From: an uncultured Planctomycetia bacterium
GTDB taxonomy: Bacteria > Omnitrophota > Gorgyraeia > B26-G9
Assembly: GCA_964437495.1 (NCBI GenBank)
Contig: CAYTGV010000009.1
Location: 6,983-70,982, forward strand
DNA length: 64,000 nucleotides
Reading direction: 5' to 3'
A program made the position numbers and the translations under genes. This document shows positions 51,941-61,429 of the stretch, in pieces. Position 1 is the first letter of the stretch, and every line of letters begins with the position of its first letter. The notes below the pieces were generated by a model. That model was not told the DNA's origin and ran no database searches. It saw nothing but the letters and a program-made list of their open reading frames with translations.

Positions 51941-53118
51941 TGAATTTAAAACCAAATAAAAAAGGTTATTTCGGTGATTTTGGCGGTAAATATGTACCGG
52001 AAACCCTTATCGGCGCGCTTAAAGAATTAGAAACTGTTTATACTAATGCAAAAAAAAGCATCGAGTTTAAACGTGAATTAAATTATTATTTAAGGGAATT
52101 TGCCGGCAGAGCTACCCCTTTATACTTTGCTTCCAGATTGAGTAAAATGCTGGGTGTTAAAATTTATCTTAAAAGAGAAGATCTACTGCATACCGGTGCT
52201 CACAAAATAAATAATACGATCGGCCAGGCGCTGTTATGCCTTAAGATGAAAAAGAAAAGGGTAATTGCCGAGACCGGAGCTGGACAACATGGAGTGGCCA
52301 CAGCCGTTGCCGCAGCCCAGTTTGGACTTAAATGTGAAGTATTCATGGGGCAGGAGGATATCGACAGACAGGGATTGAATGTATTCAGAATGCGTTTACT
52401 GGGAGCTAAAGTAACTCCTGTAAATTCCGGAAGCAGAACTTTGAAAGACGCCACGAACGAAGCCATGCGCAATTGGGTAAGCACTGTTAGAGACACGCAT
52501 TATATTATTGGTTCTGTAGTAGGACCGCATCCTTTTCCGATGATCGTGCGTGATTTTCAAACAGTCATCGGTAATGAAGCCAAAAGGCAAATATTAAAAA
52601 AAGAAAAGCGACTGCCTGATTATCTTATAGCCTGTGTTGGCGGAGGAAGTAATGCAATTGGTCTTTTCCATTGTTTTTACAATGATAAAAAAGTAAAGTT
52701 TATCGGAGTAGAGGCGGGCGGATACGGCATTAAAACAAATAAACACGGTGCCGCCCTTTGCACCGGAACGCCGGGAATACTACATGGCAGTAAAAGCTAT
52801 TTACTTCAAAATAATGATGGTCAAATAAAAATCGCCCATTCCATATCCGCAGGGCTTGATTATCCGGGGGTAGGCCCTGAACATGCGTTTTACAAGAAAA
52901 CAAAAAGAGCCCAATATGTCTCTGTTACTGATACCGAGGCAGTGGAGGCCTTAAAGCTTTTAAGTAAAACAGAGGGTATTATTCCGGCGCTTGAATCAGC
53001 GCATGCGATTGCTTATATTAAAAAAGCAGCAAAAAAAATGAAACCAAATGCGCTTGTCGTATTATGCCTCTCCGGACGCGGAGACAAAGATATGAATTTG
53101 ATCTCGGAGCTTATTTAA
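51940..53118 (+). CDS. trpB: Tryptophan synthase beta chain
   Basis: GGKYVPETL...[10 protein letters not shown] (PLP lysine)...GGGSNAIG. Confidence 0.95.
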   Translation: MNLKPNKKGYFGDFGGKYVPETLIGALKELETVYTNAKKSIEFKRELNYYLREFAGRATPLYFASRLSKMLGVKIYLKREDLLHTGAHKINNTIGQALLCLKMKKKRVIAETGAGQHGVATAVAAAQFGLKCEVFMGQEDIDRQGLNVFRMRLLGAKVTPVNSGSRTLKDATNEAMRNWVSTVRDTHYIIGSVVGPHPFPMIVRDFQTVIGNEAKRQILKKEKRLPDYLIACVGGGSNAIGLFHCFYNDKKVKFIGVEAGGYGIKTNKHGAALCTGTPGILHGSKSYLLQNNDGQIKIAHSISAGLDYPGVGPEHAFYKKTKRAQYVSVTDTEAVEALKLLSKTEGIIPALESAHAIAYIKKAAKKMKPNALVVLCLSGRGDKDMNLISELI

Positions 53119-53120
53119 AA

Positions 53121-53915
53121 ATGATTAATAATAGAATTAGCCGCAAAAACGAGCAACTGTCTAAGGAAAAAAAGAAAGCCTTTGTGGCTTACCTTAGCGC
53201 TGGATTTCCTGATATAAGTCTAACCCGTGAATTAGTAGATATACTCCAGCAAAACAATGTTGATTACATAGAGTTGGGTATGCCTTTTTCTGATCCTGTT
53301 GCTGACGGGGCGATAATCCAGCAATCTTCTGCAATAGCTTTGCAAAAAGGCATGGATATGATTGAGTACCTCAAACTGATTAAAACTTTGAGGAAAAAGA
53401 CCGATATTCCGTTAATAATGATGAGTTATTTTAATCCAATCTTCAAATACGGCATTAAAAAATTTGCCAAAGATGCCTCTTTGGCCGGACTCGATGGAGT
53501 AATTGTTCCTGATTTACCTCCTGAAGAATCTGTTCAGTTAAACAAAACGCTAATAGATCACTCTATTTCACAAATTTTCTTAATTTCTCCTTTAACCGCT
53601 ACCCAAAGAATCAAGAAGATTTGCCGGATGTCCAGCGGGTTTATTTACTATGTAAGCCTCACCGGAGTTACCGGAACACGAAATACTATGGATGCAGATT
53701 TATCAAAACAAATACGGATAATAAAGAAATACTCTAAAATCCCTGTGTTTATCGGTTTTGGGATTTCAAAGCCTGAGCATGTTAAAAAAGTCAATAACCT
53801 AGCTGATGGAGTGATTGTCGGCAGCGCTATTATAAAAATTATAAATAATTGCATTAACAAAAAACAGCTCCGGGCAAAAATAAGTCAGTTTATCCGTTCA
53901 ATGCAAGGCAACTAA
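53121..53915 (+). CDS. trpA: Tryptophan synthase alpha chain
   Basis: AFVAYLSAGFPD...IELGMPFSDPVADG...GFGIS. Start trimmed from the overlapping tracked ORF. Confidence 0.85.
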   Translation: MINNRISRKNEQLSKEKKKAFVAYLSAGFPDISLTRELVDILQQNNVDYIELGMPFSDPVADGAIIQQSSAIALQKGMDMIEYLKLIKTLRKKTDIPLIMMSYFNPIFKYGIKKFAKDASLAGLDGVIVPDLPPEESVQLNKTLIDHSISQIFLISPLTATQRIKKICRMSSGFIYYVSLTGVTGTRNTMDADLSKQIRIIKKYSKIPVFIGFGISKPEHVKKVNNLADGVIVGSAIIKIINNCINKKQLRAKISQFIRSMQGN

Positions 53916-53934
53916 TACAAGTTGGAGGACTCTT

Positions 53935-55644
53935 ATGGCGAGCAATCAAAAACTGGGCGAATTACTGGTGCAAAAAAAAATAATCACCCAGGAACAGCTC
54001 AACAGCGCGCTTATTAGACAAAAAAAAACAAATCTGCGGATAGGAGAAGAGCTGATCCGCAGCGGAATTGTCAGCGAAGAAAGCATTATTTCTACTCTTG
54101 CGGAATTAATGGATATTCCTTTTATTAGAATTCGTACCGCTAATATCGATCAACAAGTTATCAATAAAGTGCCCGCTAGGTTTGTAACTCATTACAATTT
54201 TTTCCCCCTGCGTGAAGACGAGGGAATTCTGGGCATTGCCGTAAGCGATCCTCTGGATCTTTATTCACTGGACGAAATAAAGCTTATGCTTAAGCAGCCT
54301 ATAAAAATATCTCTGGCGACTTCCCTTGAAATTAACGAAGCAATAAAAAGATATTACGGTGTCGGCGCTAAAACCATGGCCCAAATGGTTGATGATACAC
54401 CTCATTTACAAATACTTTCAAAAGCAAATGAGAATAATGAGGAGATTCAGATGGAAGCAGCAACTGATGACCCTTCGGTAATTAAATTTCTAGATCAGAT
54501 AATTCAGCAGGCTGTAAGAGAAAGAGCTACGGATATACATATTGAGCCATTTGAGGATAATCTCAGAGTGCGTTACCGTATTGACGGACTACTTTACGAA
54601 GTGCCTGTACCGGCCGCTATTGCCCACTTTCAGTCATCAATTATTGTGCGCATGAAAATAATGGCTGAGCTTGATATTGCAGAAAAGCGGCTGCCTCAGG
54701 ATGGCAGAATACAGATTAGAATTAATAATGAAGATTTTGATTTTAGAATTTCAATTCTGCCGACTGCTTTCGGAGAAAGCATAGAAATAAGAATATTATC
54801 CAGAAAGCAGATATTTTTTACTCTTTCTGACTTGGGATTAGACACTAAAGGTATGGATATTCTGAATTCTATGCTCAAAAAACCGCATGGCATTATTCTG
54901 GTCACCGGGCCGACCGGAAGCGGAAAAACAACCACACTTTATTCGTGCCTAAACAGAATTAATGCTATGGAAAGAAAAATTATCACTATTGAAGACCCGA
55001 TCGAATATAAACTGCACGGTATTACTCAGGTTCAAGTTCATCCCAAGATTAATTTAACTTTCGCAAACGGCCTGCGTTCCATGCTTCGCCATGACCCTGA
55101 TATCATGATGGTCGGAGAAATCAGGGATCTTGAAACTGCTGAGCTTTCTATCAGAACGGCCTTGACCGGGCATCTTGTTTTCAGCACCTTACATACAAAT
55201 GACGCGCCTGGGGCTATAGCTAGATTGCTTGACATGGGTATTGAACCTTATCTAGTCGCCAGCTCCCTAAACTGCGTTATTGCGCAGCGCCTAGTGCGGG
55301 TCATTTGCCCGGCCTGCAAACAACCTTATGAAGGACATGAGGAATTAATGGATGAATTCGGTATACATAAAAACAGATTTCAGGGAAAAACTCTGTACAA
55401 GGGAGCAGGCTGTGAAAATTGTAAGTTCACTGGATATTTAGGCCGAACAGCTATATTTGAGATATTGAATATTAATGATATTATTAAGGAAATGATCCTT
55501 GATCACAGCCCTTCTAACCTGATCAAGCAAAAAGCTATAACTCAGGGTATGCAGACATTGCGCTTAAGCGGCTGGGAAAAAGTTGTCAGCGGAATAACTA
55601 CACCTGAAGAAGTAATCCGGGTAACTCAACAGGATTCAGAATAG
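53935..55644 (+). CDS. GspE/PilB/MshE-family secretion ATPase with an N-terminal MshEN (c-di-GMP-binding T2SSE_N) domain
   Basis: Two tandem 24-aa MshEN motifs (KLGELLVQKKIITQEQLNSALIRQ and RIGEELIRSGIVSEESIISTLAEL) with a 5-aa spacer. Walker A GPTGSGKTTT. Asp box. Tetracysteine CPACK...CENCK. Confidence 0.85.
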   Translation: MASNQKLGELLVQKKIITQEQLNSALIRQKKTNLRIGEELIRSGIVSEESIISTLAELMDIPFIRIRTANIDQQVINKVPARFVTHYNFFPLREDEGILGIAVSDPLDLYSLDEIKLMLKQPIKISLATSLEINEAIKRYYGVGAKTMAQMVDDTPHLQILSKANENNEEIQMEAATDDPSVIKFLDQIIQQAVRERATDIHIEPFEDNLRVRYRIDGLLYEVPVPAAIAHFQSSIIVRMKIMAELDIAEKRLPQDGRIQIRINNEDFDFRISILPTAFGESIEIRILSRKQIFFTLSDLGLDTKGMDILNSMLKKPHGIILVTGPTGSGKTTTLYSCLNRINAMERKIITIEDPIEYKLHGITQVQVHPKINLTFANGLRSMLRHDPDIMMVGEIRDLETAELSIRTALTGHLVFSTLHTNDAPGAIARLLDMGIEPYLVASSLNCVIAQRLVRVICPACKQPYEGHEELMDEFGIHKNRFQGKTLYKGAGCENCKFTGYLGRTAIFEILNINDIIKEMILDHSPSNLIKQKAITQGMQTLRLSGWEKVVSGITTPEEVIRVTQQDSE

Positions 55645-55742
55645 CGCAGAAACAAAAAAATTATGAATGACGAATTATAGGTTACGAGTGAAGAGAAAAG
55701 AAAGAATTAATAAATATCAATTCAGGGATTTTCCTTCTAAAC

Positions 55743-55897
55743 AATAACTTGTGATTCATAACTAATAACTCATGACTCGTAATTTTTAACTATCGACCAT
55801 GGACTATTGACCATTGACCGTTTTTGTTCTTTTATCTTTTAACTTGTAACTTGTAACTTGTAATTCATAACTCGTAACCCATAACTCATAACTAAAT
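55743..55897 (+). repeat. Degenerate heptanucleotide tandem-repeat tract (ACTTGTA-like units, ~19 units in two blocks) ending at the pilC start codon
   Basis: Read directly. 55842-55897 = ACTTGTA x3, then ATTCATA, ACTCGTA, ACCCATA, ACTCATA, ACTAAAT, then ATG. 55743-55819 holds 11 further 7-nt units ending in ACT/ACC. Confidence 0.7.
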
Positions 55898-57103
55898 ATG
55901 CCTATATATAAATATAAAGCTAAGGTTAAGCCAGACACTTTCCGCAACGGAACCATAGAGGCAGAAAGTGAAAAAGCAGCTATAAATAAGCTTTTACTGC
56001 TTAATTATCATCCGGTATCCTTAAAAATAAAAACAGAGGATACCGAGAGAAAATTTTCTTTTTCTAAAAAGATTACATCTAAAGATATTTATATTTTTTT
56101 GCGACAGCTTGCAAATCTAAATATTGCCGGACTTCCAATAGTAAAATCCCTAGCCAATATCAGTTCACAGTCACATAATCCAAGATTGCGCTTGATTGTT
56201 CTGGATTTAAAAGAAAAGCTTCAGAAGGGAAATACATTTTCTGAAGCGCTGACATTTTATCCACATGTATTTGGCCAATTTGAAATCAATATGATAAAGG
56301 CCGCGGAAAACACAGGAACACTTCCTGAGGTAATAGAAAAAATTGCTGATCTTAAGGAGCATGATATAGCTTTTAATCAAAGAGTACGCTCGGCACTTGC
56401 TTATCCGGTTTTACTTTTAAGCGTAGGAGTGATTACACTGCTGATATTAACAACATTTGTTCTGCCGAAATTTATAACTCTTTTCAATGACTTAGACCAG
56501 CAATTGCCGATTTTGACCCAGATGCTCATAAATACAAGTATATTTTTGAAAAATTACTGGATAATTTTAAGTGCAATAATCGGCTTTATTGTTTTCTTTG
56601 CCCAAAGGCAGTTAAGAACACAAAAGGGACGTTTTATTTTTGACGATTTAAAATTAAAAATCCCTTTACTTAAAGACATTGTTTTAAAAATTCAAATCGC
56701 CCGGTTTGCCAGAACCCTGGCAAGCCTGATTGAAAATGGAGTACCTATTATAAACTCATTGAAAATAACTGCAGAAATAGCTACTAACCTTGTTTTTTCT
56801 GCTGAAATAAAGCATGTGCATACTCAGGTTACCAAAGGACAGCATATAAGTGCGGCTTTGAAAGACAGCACTATATTTGATAAAAATACGCTTGATTTGA
56901 TCAGTGTTGGGGAGGAAAGCGGAAGACTTGATGAAATGCTTTTCCGTATTGCCAAAATGAACGAAAACGAATCTTCCGGATTAATTGAAACCCTGTTATT
57001 TCTTATCGAACCGGCTTTGATTCTTATTTTAGGTATTGTTGTTGCGATTATAGTAATGGCAATTTTACTACCGATTTTTCAGATGAATTTTTTGGTTCAG
57101 TAA
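55898..57103 (+). CDS. Type IV pilus/T2SS platform protein (PilC/GspF family)
   Basis: 401 aa. Two GspF repeats, three TM helices. N-terminus MPIYKYKA..DTFRNGTIEAESEKAAINKL is PilC-like. Confidence 0.85.
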   Translation: MPIYKYKAKVKPDTFRNGTIEAESEKAAINKLLLLNYHPVSLKIKTEDTERKFSFSKKITSKDIYIFLRQLANLNIAGLPIVKSLANISSQSHNPRLRLIVLDLKEKLQKGNTFSEALTFYPHVFGQFEINMIKAAENTGTLPEVIEKIADLKEHDIAFNQRVRSALAYPVLLLSVGVITLLILTTFVLPKFITLFNDLDQQLPILTQMLINTSIFLKNYWIILSAIIGFIVFFAQRQLRTQKGRFIFDDLKLKIPLLKDIVLKIQIARFARTLASLIENGVPIINSLKITAEIATNLVFSAEIKHVHTQVTKGQHISAALKDSTIFDKNTLDLISVGEESGRLDEMLFRIAKMNENESSGLIETLLFLIEPALILILGIVVAIIVMAILLPIFQMNFLVQ

Positions 57104-57120
57104 AAACATAAAGGAGAAAA

Positions 57121-57666
57121 ATGAAAAATAAATTCTTTATCCCGTTTAGTACTTACAAAGATGAGAAGGAATGTGTATCCCCGAGCATGGAAAAAAAGAC
57201 AAAACACTTTCAGGATAAAAACCGTAGATTAATTCTGCCAAGGATCAGGCTATCTCTAAGGGGGTTTACCTTGATCGAATTAATGCTTGTGGTAATAATT
57301 ATCGGCACTCTTGCTGCTTTAGTTATTCCCCGCTTAGCCGGCCGAGCTGAACAGGCGCGTAATACAGCTGTCAAAGCTGATATATTATCAAACATTCCTC
57401 TAGCTCTTGACCTTTATGAGCTTGATAACGGTTTCTATCCCTCAAGTCAGCAGGGACTAGAGGCATTGATTGAAAAACCGACAACCCAGCCTTTAGCAAA
57501 AAACTGGAACGGTCCTTATCTTAAAAAAAAGCCGGTTGATCCCTGGGGTAATCAATACCGATACATATGTCCCGGGGTTCATAATACTGCGGATTATGAT
57601 CTTTTCTCGGTTGGTAAAGACGGATCTGAAGGCGGTAATGATGATATTGGCAATTGGGAGGACTAA
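57121..57666 (+). CDS. GspG-like major pseudopilin/pilin with an unusually long (~48-aa) leader before the G|FTLIEL processing site
   Basis: Strong RBS AAGGAG. ...RLILPRIRLSLRG|FTLIELMLVVIIIGTLAALVIPR, then a GspG-like body (NWNGPYL...DPWGNQYRY). Confidence 0.75.
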   Translation: MKNKFFIPFSTYKDEKECVSPSMEKKTKHFQDKNRRLILPRIRLSLRGFTLIELMLVVIIIGTLAALVIPRLAGRAEQARNTAVKADILSNIPLALDLYELDNGFYPSSQQGLEALIEKPTTQPLAKNWNGPYLKKKPVDPWGNQYRYICPGVHNTADYDLFSVGKDGSEGGNDDIGNWED

Positions 57667-57673
57667 TCTGCCA

Positions 57674-58207
57674 ATGAAAAATAAAACAAAACGCTTTGCG
57701 GATAAAAAGCTTAGATTAGTTCTGCCAAAAGGCAGGCTATCACTAAGGGGGTTTACCCTTATAGAGCTACTGTGCGTAATTGTCATAATAGCTGTATTTT
57801 TTTCAATGAGTATCCCCAAATTATCTAAAACAGCCGGGAATTTTTATCTTAGAAGTAAAGCAGCTAAAATCCGGGCTTTGTGTGAATTAATAAAAAGAAC
57901 TGCAATCACTGAAAACAAGACCTATAAGTTGTTAATTGATTATTCAAACAACTCCTATTCAGTTCTTCAGAACTCTATTGATGCTATTGATGAGTTTTCG
58001 CCTGCAAGTGACTCCTTACTAAGAAAACATACTCTTCCTGAGAGCTTGTCCTTTTTTTCCCCTGAGATTCAAACCGGTATCCATGAAATAATTTTCTCAC
58101 AAAGCGGGAGTATATCTTCAGCTGCTTTTTTTATTACTAACAACAAAGACACTCCGGCCAAATTATCAACAACTTTAAGCGGAGAGATCATTTTAGAATA
58201 TATATGA
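57674..58207 (+). CDS. Minor pseudopilin (GspH-like) with a 26-aa leader homologous to the preceding gene's leader
   Basis: MKNKTKRFADKKLRLVLPKGRLSLRG|FTLIELLCVIVIIAV. Start trimmed to the ATG at 57674 (the tracked ORF starts at 57536, inside the previous gene). Confidence 0.6.
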   Translation: MKNKTKRFADKKLRLVLPKGRLSLRGFTLIELLCVIVIIAVFFSMSIPKLSKTAGNFYLRSKAAKIRALCELIKRTAITENKTYKLLIDYSNNSYSVLQNSIDAIDEFSPASDSLLRKHTLPESLSFFSPEIQTGIHEIIFSQSGSISSAAFFITNNKDTPAKLSTTLSGEIILEYI

Positions 58208-58569
58208 AAAATAAAACAAAAAATACCCCAGGATTCATTTTAATCGAAATACTTGTATCACTGTTATTGATGACTACCGGAATTCTTTTTTTGATCAATT
58301 CTCTGTCTACAATTACAAAAAGCAACCATAAGATACGAAACAACCGCCTTGCCTATACTTTGCTGGATAATGTTTTTAATCAGCTCTATTCCGGAGAGGC
58401 CATTATTCCAGGTAAAGTTGTTTTAAATAATAAAGAGTTTTTTTGGGACTTTGCAGAAAATAAAACAGATGATGGATTGAGCCATATCCTCATCAATGTT
58501 AGCTGGGGCAAAAATAATTCCGCCTCAACTGCCAGCCTATCTCATACTACAATTGACTTAAACCGATAA
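58204..58569 (+). CDS. Minor pseudopilin (GspI-like), conventional short prepilin leader
   Basis: MKNKTKNTPG|FILIEILVSLLLMTTG. 121 aa. Confidence 0.6.
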   Translation: MKNKTKNTPGFILIEILVSLLLMTTGILFLINSLSTITKSNHKIRNNRLAYTLLDNVFNQLYSGEAIIPGKVVLNNKEFFWDFAENKTDDGLSHILINVSWGKNNSASTASLSHTTIDLNR

Positions 58570-58633
58570 TGAATTCAGAATTCTTCGATAACCTAGTTGA
58601 CTTTTTACCTGAGTGGCTATAAACTAAGAAGCT

Positions 58634-59824
58634 ATGGCGATATCAGTAGGGGTGGGAACTAGTAAAGAATTTGAATCTTTTGCAGCGGGTACATTAGCTG
58701 CAAAGAATGCTTTGGATAAATTAGGAAGCAATGATCCTGATATATTATTTTGCTTTGCGTCCTCGCGTTTTGATCATATACAGCTAATACGCGGCATTAA
58801 AAGTATTCTGCCGAACGCACCGCTTATCGGGTGCACAACAGCTGGCGAAATCACCAGTGCCGGCACAGAAAAAAAATCTGTAAGTATATTGGCCATAAAG
58901 TCAAACAGCCTGCATGCTGCTATAGGCATTGGTAAGAACGTGAGTAAGAACTCCCGCGGAGCCGGCCAAGAGGTAGCCCGAGATACGATAATAAAAACGA
59001 AAAAAGGGGCTATTCGCCATGCCTTTATGATGCTTCCGGACGGACTCAATGGAAACGGAGTAGAGATCATCAGGGGAGTTCAGGAAGTACTGGGTACAAG
59101 TTTCCCCATAGTCGGCGGATCTTCAGCTGACGAATTTATGTTTAAAAAAACTTTTCAGTATTATGAGGAAAGTGTATTAACTGACTGTGTCGGAGGGATT
59201 CTTTTCTCCGGAGACATTAGTGTTGGCATCGGAGCTCGGCACGGCTGGTACCCCCTTGGCAAACCGAGAATCGTAACTGAGGCAGATCACAACATAATTA
59301 AAAAACTTGACGGGAAGCCGGCAGCAAGAATTTATGAGGATTATTTCGGCAAAAGAGCCGCTGATCTAAATAATGAGCCTCTGGCCAGAATGTCTGTAAT
59401 GTATCCGCTTGGCATGTCGATACCAGAAGAAGAAGAGTGTATTATCCGTAACGCACTCAGCGTTGACAAAAACGGAGCTTTGATTTGCGCAGGTGAGGTT
59501 TCCTGCGGTTCAGAAATTAGAATAATGATGGGATCTAAGGAAGCCGCATTAAAAGCTGCTAAAAAAGCGGCAGAAATAGCCCTTAGCGGTCTCAGAAAAC
59601 AAAAAGCTGATATTGTATTTGTATTTGATTCCGTCTCACGGGAAAGACTCTTTGGACGCAAAAGTGAAGAAGAAATAGAGGTTATCAAAAGTATATTCGG
59701 CAAAGACACTCCGATAATTGGTTTTTATACATACGGAGAACAGGCTCCTCTGGGTGCAACGATAAACCTCGGACAAACATTTTTTCATAATGAAACAATA
59801 GTAGTTTTCGCAATTGGAGAATAG
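58634..59824 (+). CDS. FIST-domain sensory protein (FIST_N + FIST_C)
   Basis: 396-aa soluble protein. Recognised by overall FIST pattern (ILFCFASSRFD...GCTTAGEI...); no TM helices. Confidence 0.6.
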   Translation: MAISVGVGTSKEFESFAAGTLAAKNALDKLGSNDPDILFCFASSRFDHIQLIRGIKSILPNAPLIGCTTAGEITSAGTEKKSVSILAIKSNSLHAAIGIGKNVSKNSRGAGQEVARDTIIKTKKGAIRHAFMMLPDGLNGNGVEIIRGVQEVLGTSFPIVGGSSADEFMFKKTFQYYEESVLTDCVGGILFSGDISVGIGARHGWYPLGKPRIVTEADHNIIKKLDGKPAARIYEDYFGKRAADLNNEPLARMSVMYPLGMSIPEEEECIIRNALSVDKNGALICAGEVSCGSEIRIMMGSKEAALKAAKKAAEIALSGLRKQKADIVFVFDSVSRERLFGRKSEEEIEVIKSIFGKDTPIIGFYTYGEQAPLGATINLGQTFFHNETIVVFAIGE

Positions 59825-59830
59825 TATAGT

Positions 59831-61411
59831 ATGAAAATTAATATATGGCTGATACTCATCATCGGAGCAGCGGTATTGAGTGTTGTTGTTATTGTTGACA
59901 ATATGGTCGCTAAGCTTATGGGCGGTTTTATCCTGCTTGTTCTGCTTGCTTATCTTGCTGAAATATCGCGTGAGGAGCGGGAACAAATTGATAAAATGCA
60001 GCATGCCTTGGATAAACTGAGAAATGCTTATGGCGAACTTGATGAACAGGCAAAAATTATTATTCGTACTGATTTAGAGTTAAATCGGACGCAAGAACAG
60101 CTTGATAAAAAAATCAATGGGCTTTACACTTTACACGAACTAGGTAAATTGATAAGTGCTACCCTAGATACAGAGAAGCTTTTTTCTCAAATCACGGAAC
60201 CGCTTATTCTTAAGCTTGGATTTGAAAAAACAATAATATTTCTAAAAAATGAATCAAAACAAAATCTTGAATGTAAAGCAGCTATCGGACTTTCCTCATT
60301 GCAAATAGACAAGATAGAACAGGCAAATATAGAGCAAGACTTTCTTCAAACTGTTCTAAAAAATGGTTCTTCTGTATGGGTTAAAAATTCTGAAGCTGCT
60401 ACAGAGGAGCAAAAAGCTTGGCTGAATTTATTTGAAGTCTCTTCATTTGTAATTGTGCCTATGGTTGTCAAGGAGTCTGTTGAGGGATATATTTTTGTTG
60501 GTAATCAGACAAATTATAATTCTGTCTCTGAAGGAGATATAGATTCTCTTTTTATACTTTCTAATCAGTTGGGCATTGCCCTTGATAATGCCCAACTTTA
60601 TGCCCAGTTAAAGCGTTCGCATGATCAATTAGAGATTCGTGTAGAAGAACGCACAAGAGAATTAGCCGCGGCAAACAAAAAGCTGATCGAGCTTGATCAA
60701 ATGAAATCCGACTTTGTTTCTGCAGTTTCTCATGAATTGCGAACACCGCTGACATCAATTAAAGGCTATGCGGCAATTCTAAGTGCAGGCCGTTTAGGTG
60801 AGGTCAGTACGGTTCAGGCAGAGAAGCTTAATAAAATAAATATTCACAGTGATGAATTGATAAAACTTGTAAATGACCTTTTAGATATTGCCCGCATTGA
60901 ATCTGGCAAGATCAGTATGAGTATTAAGCATGCTTCTCTTAATGAGATCGTCAAGAGTATCGCAGATCTATTCTTCCCGCAAACTGATGAAAAGAATATT
61001 GATCTCAAACTTGATATACCGGAACAAGATATTGCTGTATGGATGGACCCCAGCCAGATATCACGTGTATTCATAAATCTTATCGGTAATGCAATGAAAT
61101 TCACCCCTGAAAAAGGCATAATAACAATAGTGTTAAAACCTGCTGAAAAATTTATTAATGTCGAAATCATTGACTCTGGTATCGGCATAAGCGAAGAGGA
61201 TATACCTCGTTTATTTAATGAATTCTATCGTGTAGACAATGCCATTAATGCTGAGAAAAAAGGTACCGGACTGGGACTGCCGCTTGTTAAAAAGATCATT
61301 GAGGCGCATAAAGGTCAGATCTGGGTCACAAGTGAAGTCGGCAAGGGAACTACTTTCCATTTCACTTTATCTGTTGAACAAATTGATGATTCGCAAATAG
61401 CCATAAACTGA
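59831..61411 (+). CDS. Sensor histidine kinase (2 TM helices, coiled coil, GAF, HisKA, HATPase_c)
   Basis: H-box SAVSHELRTPLTSIKGYA. N, G1 and G2 boxes (GNAMKFT, DSGIGI, GTGLGL). Confidence 0.85.
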   Translation: MKINIWLILIIGAAVLSVVVIVDNMVAKLMGGFILLVLLAYLAEISREEREQIDKMQHALDKLRNAYGELDEQAKIIIRTDLELNRTQEQLDKKINGLYTLHELGKLISATLDTEKLFSQITEPLILKLGFEKTIIFLKNESKQNLECKAAIGLSSLQIDKIEQANIEQDFLQTVLKNGSSVWVKNSEAATEEQKAWLNLFEVSSFVIVPMVVKESVEGYIFVGNQTNYNSVSEGDIDSLFILSNQLGIALDNAQLYAQLKRSHDQLEIRVEERTRELAAANKKLIELDQMKSDFVSAVSHELRTPLTSIKGYAAILSAGRLGEVSTVQAEKLNKINIHSDELIKLVNDLLDIARIESGKISMSIKHASLNEIVKSIADLFFPQTDEKNIDLKLDIPEQDIAVWMDPSQISRVFINLIGNAMKFTPEKGIITIVLKPAEKFINVEIIDSGIGISEEDIPRLFNEFYRVDNAINAEKKGTGLGLPLVKKIIEAHKGQIWVTSEVGKGTTFHFTLSVEQIDDSQIAIN

Positions 61412-61429
61412 ACATAGGCAAGGAGCATA

